From positions 64,001 through 128,000 of IMG/VR virus record IMGVR_UViG_3300037067_011302: a stretch of 64,000 nt of DNA, one strand, 5' to 3'. How positions within the stretch are numbered: the stretch's first letter is position 1; every line of letters begins with the position of its first letter. A program made the translations under genes and the position numbers. Shown here piece by piece: positions 17,439-26,320 of the stretch. Source of the DNA: a virus. Taxonomy: Duplodnaviria; Caudoviricetes. The notes beneath the pieces were generated by a model, which saw only the letters and a list, made by a program, of their open reading frames with translations, was not told the origin of the DNA and did not search any database.

Positions 17439-20400
17439 TTAACTATCATCGCGATCCGTGAAATCATCGTCGTCGTCATCAAGCTCGACGATGCCGTCGA
17501 CCTCGTCCTGCACGTCGCGCTGCTCCGACAACACTCGCTCGCGTGGAGCGGAGATTGCGCCGGCGGACTGCGCGTTCCTCAACATCGACAGCACGTCTGG
17601 GCCCAATCCGATCCTAGGACGAGCAGGAACTGACTCCTTGAACGGATCCTTCAACCACGAAGTGTCGTTCGGGTCGCTCAGCGACGAAGCACTGGGACCG
17701 GTCATCTTGACAAAGTCAGGACGGTTCGTCTTCATGCGACGACGGGAGCGATTGTAGAGGTACTTGTGAAGCGTTGGGTTCGGCTTCACCGGAGTGCGAT
17801 CGTTGTCCTGGACGATCTCGAGGTCATCCTGAGCGTTGTCAGAAGACGTCAAGAGCTCAAGCTCAGGAGAACCCTCTTCTTCAGGCTCCTCACTCGCGTT
17901 CTCAGGGGCAGGCTCCGTGGGCTCCTCAGCGGGGGCCTCAGTACCACCCTCTTCACCGCCTCCGGCGGCACCGAATAGGCCCTCAGTGGTCGTGTCATCA
18001 CCCTCGCCTCCTCCGCCACCGCCGGCCGCGACCGCCGCCTCGAGCTGAGCGTCGAACAGTTTGTCCTCGGTGCGCTGGCGCTTGATCGCCTTGATCTGCG
18101 CGGCGTTGAGCCCCCAGACCTCGCTCATGACAAACTCCGTCGAACCCATCGTCTCGGGCAGAGAGGCGGCGATCTCAAACTTTTGACGCCACAGCTCAAG
18201 CTTCTGTTGCTGAGCGACCGTGGACGGGTTGGACAGGCGGAGCGTGAAGTTTTGGAGGTCGTCTCCGTCGAACCCATTCGCGTACAGGTGGATGACGGCG
18301 AGCTTGTTGAGCTCGGCTAGGATTGTCTTTTGGATGGAGGTGATTGTACGGGAAAAACGTATATCCTCCTGGGCGAGTGTAGAACGACTACTATTATGAA
18401 CGAACACTGCACTTAGTACACTCGTAGATGCACAATCATTGGTATTCAAAGGAGATTGTGAACGACAAATGATCGGGAAGTTATGCGTTCCTTCAATTTC
18501 GAGATCATAAACAGGGACAGAGGAGTTAACTCTTGAGTCTGAGGAATTAACTCTTATGAGTTCAATGTTAACAATTTTATGATTGCGACCGACGGACGTG
18601 AAGAATTCAAAAGCAGTCATTCCGTGATCACTCAACATACCTTTCAAGGCAGCACAACCAAAGTTGATCAATCCAGATCTACTCGCTGCAACAACATCAT
18701 CTGACGAACGCAATCCATGCTTCAAACACGCTTCACGTGCCGTCTCAGGTGTCAAGTTCAATTCTGCATTTCGTCTTGCACGTTTAACACCCCAGAGAAT
18801 GTGTTTTTTAGGAACATAGTTCAATGCCTTGACGGCAAAATCATACCAGTCCTCAAATCCTGACCTCATGATCAGAGAACGCACGTATGAAAATCCAATA
18901 GGTAACGAAGCGATTGCAGGAATCGTCTTTCTGCTCCAACACGACCACTCGTACGCTTCGTTCTCCTTGCAGAACTTGATCAGCCAATCGATCGTGTACT
19001 CAGCCTTCTTGCGACGAGACCAGTGACCATCGCCGACGTACTTCGAACGGTACTTTGGATCGTTCCACAGGTCCCTGTTCTGTTGTGACTTGACAGCGCG
19101 GTACTCGGGATCGTTCCAGTTGTCACGCATGACGCTCGACATCTTTTCGTGGATCTCATCACCGTGCACCCATGCACTCAGTGCAGAGTTCTCATCAGCG
19201 TGCTGTGCCTTCATCTGCACCGACTTGAGCTGCCTATGATGAGGAGACTTCAGTGCTGCAATCTTGTTTATCTCTCTGCGCTCAATGACGTCAGGTCGAA
19301 ACCACGTTGTCTCGAGGTTGTCAGAATGGAACTTCCTGTGTTCTGCCCACGTCATCTCAACGAGGTTCTCTGGTTGGTTGTTCTTCTTATTGAAGTCAGC
19401 ATGGTGAATGACTCGACACTTGTTGACCTTGTGATTTCCACCGGTGACATGTTCGTTCACCAACTTATGCGTGTATGACCATTCGCCGTCATTGTTCTGC
19501 AGGACCATCTCATACCCATCGATCAGGTCAAGTCCACCACGCTTCTTGTTGACGGACAATCTCCTGTACAACGGCATCAGGCTGGTCTCTGGAGTGAGCT
19601 CGTCGGCCCTGCGGTACGATCCGTCCCTGAGCATGAACGGATGATTTCCGGTGCATTCTAGAACAGACCCGTCATCCAACGTCACTCTGTAGAGCTCGTC
19701 CACCGTCTTCGTTTGCCACGCATTCAGGATCCTCGACGGAACGATTGTTCCATCTTCCAGAGATGAATACGTCCACAGAATTGGTTTTTCTGCACCCTCA
19801 AAGAGACGCGCGAGTTCGTCGATCCTCTTTGAAGTACCGTCCAACAGAGGAATCTCTGTGTCAGGTGCCAAGCACAGCATGTCGTCGTAGCCGAGATATG
19901 CCCTTGGTATCTTTAAGGCTGCAAATAATTTCTTCTGTATGTACGAAACATCTTCTACGGCCGCTGTATTTTGTCCACCCGGCAGAGTGTCGATCTTCGT
20001 TCCTGTCTCGGCGCCTCGCACCGGGACCAGAATGTCCTCATCGACCGACAAAGCATTGTACCTCAGGTCGACCCGTCCCTGCGTTTGGTCGATCACCTGC
20101 GAGGTCCTGAGCTGCTTCCTCTGCTCTTCAATGTAGTTCTGCACGTGCTCGGGTGGAACGTTGCCCACGTCGATGTAGAAGACCCTTCGCTCCGGCGCTC
20201 GGATCACGCGGTACACGAGCATTGCGTCCTCGATCAGGATCAGCTGTCGCCAAATCCTCCTAGCCGGATCCAAGATTGATGACCCGTAGGGCAGGAATTG
20301 GTCGTTGCCGAGGATCCTAAAGTGCAGCACCTCCCAATTCTCGAGCGTCCTGTTGCCAAGAGTGACCCACCTGAAGCGTACGGCGAATGGGTCGTTCCTG

Positions 20401-22055
20401 TCGTAGTTTTCCTCACGTTCAATCTCGTTGACGGGAATCGGGAATGCATTCACCACGCCGTGCTCCTGAGAGACGTTGACGTACAGGAACGCATCGCCAA
20501 ACTTCACGACGTTTCTGACCCACGGGCGCAGGTTGAACTCAACGTTCAGGACGTTGTAGTAGAGCTCCTCGAGCGTCTCCCTGATCTTAGGATTGTCACT
20601 GTGTATGTGGAGGATGCGGCCCTTATCATCCTGGGCAACTGTTTCGTCGGAATAAATATCTAATGCCGCGCTTATCTCCGGAGTCAGCTCCATCTCGCAA
20701 TTGTGAACAATTACAGTACCTTGCGTAATAAGTCTATACTTTTGTGCTGATTCAACACTGCAAGATTTAATTCCAACGTCACAAGATTTAACTCCTTGAT
20801 GATCGCAAGACTTAATTCCTTCTTTTGCGTACTTCGCCAAAGCAAAATTGTGATGTCCGGCAACTTCGAGGTCATAGACGAACATTGTTTCGCCGTGATC
20901 GATGACAGAGACAACCTTATGATTCTGATATCTCTCGACGAAATCGACAAAATTTTCATAACCCTGCCATTTGATTCGATTTATGACCTTGCACCACGTA
21001 GAATTTACTTTTCTCGCCAATCCCTTCAACGTATCTCCGGGTTGATATGCGTCACAAATCATCTGAAATGTCAACGACTTGTCAGCATTTGCATTTTGCG
21101 AGTGTTTTTGATCAGTCCTACCAGCATTAAACCGACCAGGCTTTTCAGTCTTGTTGTACTCGATCCGCCGTTGACGACGACTGTCGCTTAACATTTGAGA
21201 AGTTCTATCGAGATTGATCCTCAAATCGCCATCATTCTGCCAACGCTTCTTCATCACCGTTGACATGTGTTGTCTTGCGGCAGGATCATCAAATCGTTGA
21301 TTGTTGATCTTAGCGTGCAACGACATGTGATCGTGTACCGACAAAACTTCCAAATTTTCTATTCTATTGTCGCGATGTTTGAAATTTTTATGATGTACGT
21401 GCTCTCCGACGATGAGTTGACGATCCAAGATTGATTCAACGACCATGACGTGCTCAGAACGCCAACGTTTCCCATCATGAATGTATCTGTATGGCGAATC
21501 ATATGTTCGTTGATTCAACGGCATCAATGCAGTGTCAGTCGTCAATTCACATGCCTGCAGGTATGAACCATCTCGAAGCATGAACCTGTGATCTGGCGTG
21601 CACTTTATCTCTGACCCGTCGTCCAACGTGACGGTGACGACCTGTCTGACGCCGTTGCACCTCGCGCCGGTGACCTTCGCAGGAACTATTCTGCGCTTCT
21701 CAGTGTCGTAAGAAAACACCCACTGGTTGACGTCACCCGCCTCCCATGCATCAACGATCTCCTTGATCGATAGTGCACCGACCTCAGACGGCATTGCGAC
21801 CAACGTGTCTCCTGCGAGGCAGAAGTCTTGGTACCGCATCAACCGCTCTGAAAGGTTGTACGCGTTCGACGTTATCGTTGCATACGTCGGCGACAGCGAC
21901 TTCTGGAACAATAGCGCACCGGACGTCTTCGACTTGTCCGGCACCGCCAGCACGGTGTCTCTACCTCTGACCTTCCTCCTGACGATCGGGCCAGCCTTGA
22001 AGATCCGCGTCAACCTCTTAAAGAGACTTCTCTGTTCTCGTTCGCTCTTTGCCAC
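17439..22055 (-). CDS. Portal protein (T4 gp20-like) with two inteins; about 670 aa after splicing
   Basis: EDAMLVYRVIRAPERRVFYIDVGN; IDTLPGGQN; KLFAALKIP; EDIRF. Confidence 0.95.
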   Translation of the reverse strand: MAKSEREQRSLFKRLTRIFKAGPIVRRKVRGRDTVLAVPDKSKTSGALLFQKSLSPTYATITSNAYNLSERLMRYQDFCLAGDTLVAMPSEVGALSIKEIVDAWEAGDVNQWVFSYDTEKRRIVPAKVTGARCNGVRQVVTVTLDDGSEIKCTPDHRFMLRDGSYLQACELTTDTALMPLNQRTYDSPYRYIHDGKRWRSEHVMVVESILDRQLIVGEHVHHKNFKHRDNRIENLEVLSVHDHMSLHAKINNQRFDDPAARQHMSTVMKKRWQNDGDLRINLDRTSQMLSDSRRQRRIEYNKTEKPGRFNAGRTDQKHSQNANADKSLTFQMICDAYQPGDTLKGLARKVNSTWCKVINRIKWQGYENFVDFVERYQNHKVVSVIDHGETMFVYDLEVAGHHNFALAKYAKEGIKSCDHQGVKSCDVGIKSCSVESAQKYRLITQGTVIVHNCEMELTPEISAALDIYSDETVAQDDKGRILHIHSDNPKIRETLEELYYNVLNVEFNLRPWVRNVVKFGDAFLYVNVSQEHGVVNAFPIPVNEIEREENYDRNDPFAVRFRWVTLGNRTLENWEVLHFRILGNDQFLPYGSSILDPARRIWRQLILIEDAMLVYRVIRAPERRVFYIDVGNVPPEHVQNYIEEQRKQLRTSQVIDQTQGRVDLRYNALSVDEDILVPVRGAETGTKIDTLPGGQNTAAVEDVSYIQKKLFAALKIPRAYLGYDDMLCLAPDTEIPLLDGTSKRIDELARLFEGAEKPILWTYSSLEDGTIVPSRILNAWQTKTVDELYRVTLDDGSVLECTGNHPFMLRDGSYRRADELTPETSLMPLYRRLSVNKKRGGLDLIDGYEMVLQNNDGEWSYTHKLVNEHVTGGNHKVNKCRVIHHADFNKKNNQPENLVEMTWAEHRKFHSDNLETTWFRPDVIERREINKIAALKSPHHRQLKSVQMKAQHADENSALSAWVHGDEIHEKMSSVMRDNWNDPEYRAVKSQQNRDLWNDPKYRSKYVGDGHWSRRKKAEYTIDWLIKFCKENEAYEWSCWSRKTIPAIASLPIGFSYVRSLIMRSGFEDWYDFAVKALNYVPKKHILWGVKRARRNAELNLTPETAREACLKHGLRSSDDVVAASRSGLINFGCAALKGMLSDHGMTAFEFFTSVGRNHKIVNIELIRVNSSDSRVNSSVPVYDLEIEGTHNFPIICRSQSPLNTNDCASTSVLSAVFVHNSSRSTLAQEDIRFSRTITSIQKTILAELNKLAVIHLYANGFDGDDLQNFTLRLSNPSTVAQQQKLELWRQKFEIAASLPETMGSTEFVMSEVWGLNAAQIKAIKRQRTEDKLFDAQLEAAVAAGGGGGGEGDDTTTEGLFGAAGGGEEGGTEAPAEEPTEPAPENASEEPEEEGSPELELLTSSDNAQDDLEIVQDNDRTPVKPNPTLHKYLYNRSRRRMKTNRPDFVKMTGPSASSLSDPNDTSWLKDPFKESVPARPRIGLGPDVLSMLRNAQSAGAISAPRERVLSEQRDVQDEVDGIVELDDDDDDFTDRDDS
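18393..19874 (-). mobile_element. Portal intein 2 (494 aa) with HNH endonuclease
   Basis: CLAPDT start; CTGNHPF; IHHADFNKKNN.PENL; VYDL; ends VHN with +1 Ser. Confidence 0.92.
18521..18555 (+). repeat. Two copies of the 14-bp motif, 21 bp apart, inside intein 2
   Basis: aggagttaactctt (18521) and aggaattaactctt (18542); encode RVNSS twice on the minus strand. Confidence 0.8.
20700..21821 (-). mobile_element. Portal intein 1 (374 aa) with HNH endonuclease
   Basis: CLAGDT start; CTPDHRF; HVHHKNFKHRDNRIENL; VYDL; ends VHN with +1 Cys. Confidence 0.92.
20762..20820 (-). repeat. Three copies of the 14-bp motif inside intein 1
   Basis: Minus strand reads aggaattaagtctt, aggagttaaatctt, tggaattaaatctt; periods 24 and 21; encode GIKSC/GVKSC/GIKSC. 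Confidence 0.88.
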
Positions 22056-22104
22056 TCGCGTGCCTCACTATTTCCAGTTGGGCTCTATCCTACAACAATT
22101 CTAA

Positions 22105-22413
22105 TCACTTCAGGACGTCTTTGCCCTGTTGGACCAACTTTCGCACGACCTTCTGCCTGAGCACTGGAGACACAACGTACGACGAGGGTTCCGTCATCAT
22201 CTTGTCGAGCTTCGTGCAGAGGTTGTCAACGTCGTCCAACAGTGCGTCCTTGACGGGCTTTGGCGCTGAGTCCTGATATTCCTTGAACTGCTTCAGCGCC
22301 TTCATCAGCTTCTCTGCCGACGTCACGAGGTCCTTGATTCCGCCGTGGTCAACGTTCGACAATTCTTCATTGATGATCTTGCACAGCTTATCGTAGGAAA
22401 TTTCGCGCTTCAT
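22105..22413 (-). CDS. Small protein with LCKIINEE leader
   Basis: GAGGA RBS and ATATTTA upstream. Confidence 0.7.
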   Translation of the reverse strand: MKREISYDKLCKIINEELSNVDHGGIKDLVTSAEKLMKALKQFKEYQDSAPKPVKDALLDDVDNLCTKLDKMMTEPSSYVVSPVLRQKVVRKLVQQGKDVLK

Positions 22414-22480
22414 GTTTAATCCTCGCACACTTCTAAATATGAACGTCAAAGAATCAGCGCATCATAATGTATTTAGCAGC

Positions 22481-23986
22481 ATGAAGATCGTCCTCGGAAC
22501 ACTACGCCGCCTGATCAACGAGGTCCTGCTCCTCGAGGACCGCGTTTCTGACGCGAAGAAAAAGTACCCTGAACTCGAGGCAGAGATCGACGAACTCGCG
22601 TCCTCAGATCCCTCGGGTTCACAAAAGTACTTGATGTGGAGTGCAAAGCAGCTGTCAGCAGGTGCCGATGTCAATGAACTGATTTCAACGATCGAGTCAT
22701 TCCACCAGAATGCGTCGCAATTCAAAAACAGGGACATCAACGCATATAAGACTCTTGGTGATCTTAAGGACGAACTGAATTCAATCACGCCTTCGAAGAC
22801 TCATGAGCGAAAGGAAGCAAAGGAGTCAGGTGCTAAGAAGATGGGTGAGGACAACGGCTACGAACTCGTCCACATAAAGAGCAAAGCCGCAGCACAGTTG
22901 TACGGTGCAAACACTCAATGGTGCATCACGATGAACGGTATGCCGCACTTCGAACAGTACACTGGTGCGAACATTGTGTTCTACTTTGCACTATCGAAGA
23001 CGCTGCCCGACACGGATCCGTTGTACAAGGTTGCGTTCGCAGTGCACCGTGACGAGAACAACAAGATCATAAAGGTCGAAGGCTGGGACGCGGAGGATGA
23101 AAAATTCGACGAAATTCCCAGTGAATTTAACGGTCTCTTGAGGATCGTTGAACAGGACGCTCCAAAGCAGGAGACGAGCCTGTTGGCGAAGATCAAACTA
23201 GGAAAGGCGACTGAGGAAGAGATAGAACAGGCACTTGAACTGTACGATGACGAAGAAGACATTCTGATCATGATCCTCAATTCACCGCGAACTCCATCAT
23301 CGGTGCTTGCGAGGTACATTAATTTTGATTCTCGCTCAAAGTTACGCGTAAGTTCGAGCCGCATTCGTGAAATTGTTGCAGCAAGAATCGACCCGTCGTA
23401 CCTTCCCAAGATGATGAAGGATCGTGACAATGATGTACGACAGGAGGTCGCAAGGCGAATCGACCCGTCGCACCTTCCTCGAATGATGTACGACCCATCG
23501 TTGTCAGTTCAAGAGATCGTCGTTCGTCGAATCGATCCAGAATTTTTACCTAATCTTCTGCACATTCGTAATGTGCCGGTGCGTCTTGAAATTGCACACC
23601 GAATTGACGTCCTCGAGCTCCCCAAGATGATGGATGACATGTCAACAGGTGTGCGTGCTGAGGTCGCAAGGCGAATCGACCCCGAACGCCTACCTGAGAT
23701 GATCGACGATGAATCGGCGGAAGTTCGTAGGATTGTCGCTGAACGAATCGACGCCGAGCATCTCATTGACATGATCGAGGACGACGACTACTACGTCAGG
23801 AGCATCGTCGCCGGCAGGACGAACACGTTGGACCTTCCACACATGATGAAGGACGAGGACGCGCTGGTGCGAATGCAGGTTGCACTACGAATCGATCCAA
23901 AGTACCTTCCCATGATGAAGAACGACGCCAACGATAGGGTCAGGAACACCGTCAGAGATCGACTAGAACAAATCGTCAAGTCTTAG
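22481..23986 (+). CDS. Leader + WCIT domain + LRV-like repeat protein, paralog B (inverted orientation)
   Basis: Near-identical N-terminus to paralog A; about eight 24-aa repeats; GTATTTA just upstream. Confidence 0.8.
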   Translation: MKIVLGTLRRLINEVLLLEDRVSDAKKKYPELEAEIDELASSDPSGSQKYLMWSAKQLSAGADVNELISTIESFHQNASQFKNRDINAYKTLGDLKDELNSITPSKTHERKEAKESGAKKMGEDNGYELVHIKSKAAAQLYGANTQWCITMNGMPHFEQYTGANIVFYFALSKTLPDTDPLYKVAFAVHRDENNKIIKVEGWDAEDEKFDEIPSEFNGLLRIVEQDAPKQETSLLAKIKLGKATEEEIEQALELYDDEEDILIMILNSPRTPSSVLARYINFDSRSKLRVSSSRIREIVAARIDPSYLPKMMKDRDNDVRQEVARRIDPSHLPRMMYDPSLSVQEIVVRRIDPEFLPNLLHIRNVPVRLEIAHRIDVLELPKMMDDMSTGVRAEVARRIDPERLPEMIDDESAEVRRIVAERIDAEHLIDMIEDDDYYVRSIVAGRTNTLDLPHMMKDEDALVRMQVALRIDPKYLPMMKNDANDRVRNTVRDRLEQIVKS

Positions 23987-25617
23987 ATCAACCACGACGT
24001 ATCACGCACAAACTTTGCGTACTCCGCGGTCCCCGTCTGCGGCACCTTCTGCTCCTGAGGCTTGTACGGATTGCTCGTACCGGCGATCGAATACCTGGCA
24101 TCATTCACCCTTGGCATTGCCTCGTCGAACATCCTGCTCGTCCTCGTCGTTGACGCAAGTATTGCCATCGACATCTCAACGTCGTACGCACTCGAGGTAG
24201 TCGCGCCGTGAGAGATCCAACAGCCGATCGCAAGGCTCATCACGAGGTCATCGAATCCTCCGTGACCGGCGGCGGCGCGCCCGTTGATCCAGATGAACGT
24301 TTGTAACTGATCGCACAATCGTGCCGAGTAAACGCTCAGCTTCTTGAGCCTGATCACTTCCTCAAGCTTCGTCAGTATTTGCTCGCGCGTCTTCTGGTTC
24401 GTCGGAAATCCCGCAATCTCCGTCGGATCGTTCGGAGAATAGTTGAATGGATCGCCCCTGTGCTTGTGGTAGTAGAGCCGCCTGTATCCTGCGTCCCTGA
24501 TGCGTGTGCAGACGAAGTAACCGAACGTGTTATTCTCAGGGATCAACAACGCATTGTTGTATTTTTTCCCCCACTCGATGAGCAGATCTGCCAACTTCTC
24601 CGGAGGTAACTTGCCCATGTACTCAGCGGCAACCTCGTTGTCGACGGTGTCAATGACGTGAAATGCAGAAAAATCGTGTGCATCTCCTCGAGCAATGTCT
24701 GCAGATATCACGTATTGACGACCCGCGATCGGGTATGACCACAACCAAACGTTCCTATCACATCCCAACTTTTCAATCGGTGCCTTGATGCGTAGCCTCA
24801 AATCATAAAGGTCATCTGGATTGAGGAATGTGTCACCGGAAGACGTAAAGTTGCACTCGTACTCTTGACCAAGCTCACGCTTGGGCAAGCCCATCGTTTC
24901 CTTCTGAAACCACGCTATGTCGTGTTCAGGGTGCACGTGCCATGGAAGCTTGATGGGATTGAACCCATTCACGCCCGCCTCCGCACCGACCCACAGGCTG
25001 TGATATTGTCCTCCCACGCCGTTCGGCGTTGACAGCACGATCGCGCGACCTCCTGTTGAAATCGTCGGATAGATTCCTGTCCAGATTTCCTTGAAGTTCT
25101 TGATCCACGCCGCTTCGTCAACAATCAGAAGCGACAGACCTTCGGAACGGCCTGCATCCTCTGACGTCGGAATTGCGGTGATCGTCGAACCGTTGTTGAA
25201 CACGACGGCCTGCTTCGTGGGCTCGAACTTCGGAAGCAACAACCACGGAGGCAAGTTCTTCAAGATCACCTTCACCTTCTTGATGAAGTTGACGGCAACT
25301 GACAACTTCGTCGCAATGATGAGGATCGTCTTATCCTTATAGAATGACGCCAACCACGTTGCGTACGCCGCGCTGACGGTCGACAGACCGATCTGCCTCG
25401 ACTTCAGGATGATGTTGAAGCGATGTTCCTCGAATGCCCTGAGACAATCATCCTGAAATTCAAACGTCTCGAACGGAATCAAACCCCTGACTGGGTGTTG
25501 GATCTTTGCCCACCTGTTGATGAAATACGACGGATCCTTGCCACAGCGGATTATTTCATCAACGCGTTGTTTATTTGTCGTGAATGATTGTGGGTTAGCG
25601 GGACAATTACCCGACAT
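23983..25617 (-). CDS. Terminase large subunit (T4 gp17-like)
   Basis: LKSRQIGLST; LLIVDEAAWI; STPNG; ADIARG; DDLVMSLA. Confidence 0.95.
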   Translation of the reverse strand: MSGNCPANPQSFTTNKQRVDEIIRCGKDPSYFINRWAKIQHPVRGLIPFETFEFQDDCLRAFEEHRFNIILKSRQIGLSTVSAAYATWLASFYKDKTILIIATKLSVAVNFIKKVKVILKNLPPWLLLPKFEPTKQAVVFNNGSTITAIPTSEDAGRSEGLSLLIVDEAAWIKNFKEIWTGIYPTISTGGRAIVLSTPNGVGGQYHSLWVGAEAGVNGFNPIKLPWHVHPEHDIAWFQKETMGLPKRELGQEYECNFTSSGDTFLNPDDLYDLRLRIKAPIEKLGCDRNVWLWSYPIAGRQYVISADIARGDAHDFSAFHVIDTVDNEVAAEYMGKLPPEKLADLLIEWGKKYNNALLIPENNTFGYFVCTRIRDAGYRRLYYHKHRGDPFNYSPNDPTEIAGFPTNQKTREQILTKLEEVIRLKKLSVYSARLCDQLQTFIWINGRAAAGHGGFDDLVMSLAIGCWISHGATTSSAYDVEMSMAILASTTRTSRMFDEAMPRVNDARYSIAGTSNPYKPQEQKVPQTGTAEYAKFVRDTSWLI

Positions 25618-25996
25618 CGAAGAACGCCTTTCGCCTGAAGTAAGCAGTGCGCTTCGCGTTGTGAACATTGAAGCTGATGATCTCAACGGAATCACTGATT
25701 GTTCGTTGGTCAATCTTCATGCTCAACGTGTTGCCTGTCAGGTCCTTGTACACGCTCTTGATTCGCTTGATTGCATCAGCGATCACGGCGCCGGCCTCAT
25801 CGGCATACGCTCGCTTCATCTCAATCATCTGACGTTCCGTGCCAAAATTGACGATCACAGCGTAGGACACCAATAGGCGATCCTCACCGGCGAACGTGAA
25901 CTTCACGGAATACGATGACGTCCTTGGCGTGGACGACCTTCCCCACGTTGTATCGATCGATTGATTCAGGGCAGCATAGTCAATGTCGGACATCAC
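25607..25996 (-). CDS. Conserved hypothetical protein
   Basis: ORF coupled to terminase; TACTTA upstream. Confidence 0.7.
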   Translation of the reverse strand: MMSDIDYAALNQSIDTTWGRSSTPRTSSYSVKFTFAGEDRLLVSYAVIVNFGTERQMIEMKRAYADEAGAVIADAIKRIKSVYKDLTGNTLSMKIDQRTISDSVEIISFNVHNAKRTAYFRRKAFFDVG

Positions 25997-26008
25997 ACAT
26001 CCTCACAA

Positions 26009-26320
26009 CTAAGTAGGATGTTCGTCGAATGTCATCACCGCATTGACGATCGCAAGTGCACGTACGTCACTCGGATCAGGTCTCCACCCTTCGTTCCACT
26101 CCTTCCTATGAGGATACACCCACGTTCGTGCACACAGCGAACAACACTCAAACTTCTTCCATGAATCCTCGTCATCCTCGGTCCTCATCACGACGCCACA
26201 CATTCCGCAGTACGTCGGAGCGCGTGCAGTCAATTCAGCAGGCTTGATGACAAAGAATCCACTCGAGTGCTTTCTGATCACACGTCCATGCCCATACGAC
26301 CTCCAGTCACTATCATCCAT
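26009..26320 (-). CDS. Small zinc-ribbon protein
   Basis: CGMC...CCSLC; coupled to the upstream gene. Confidence 0.65.
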   Translation of the reverse strand: MDDSDWRSYGHGRVIRKHSSGFFVIKPAELTARAPTYCGMCGVVMRTEDDEDSWKKFECCSLCARTWVYPHRKEWNEGWRPDPSDVRALAIVNAVMTFDEHPT

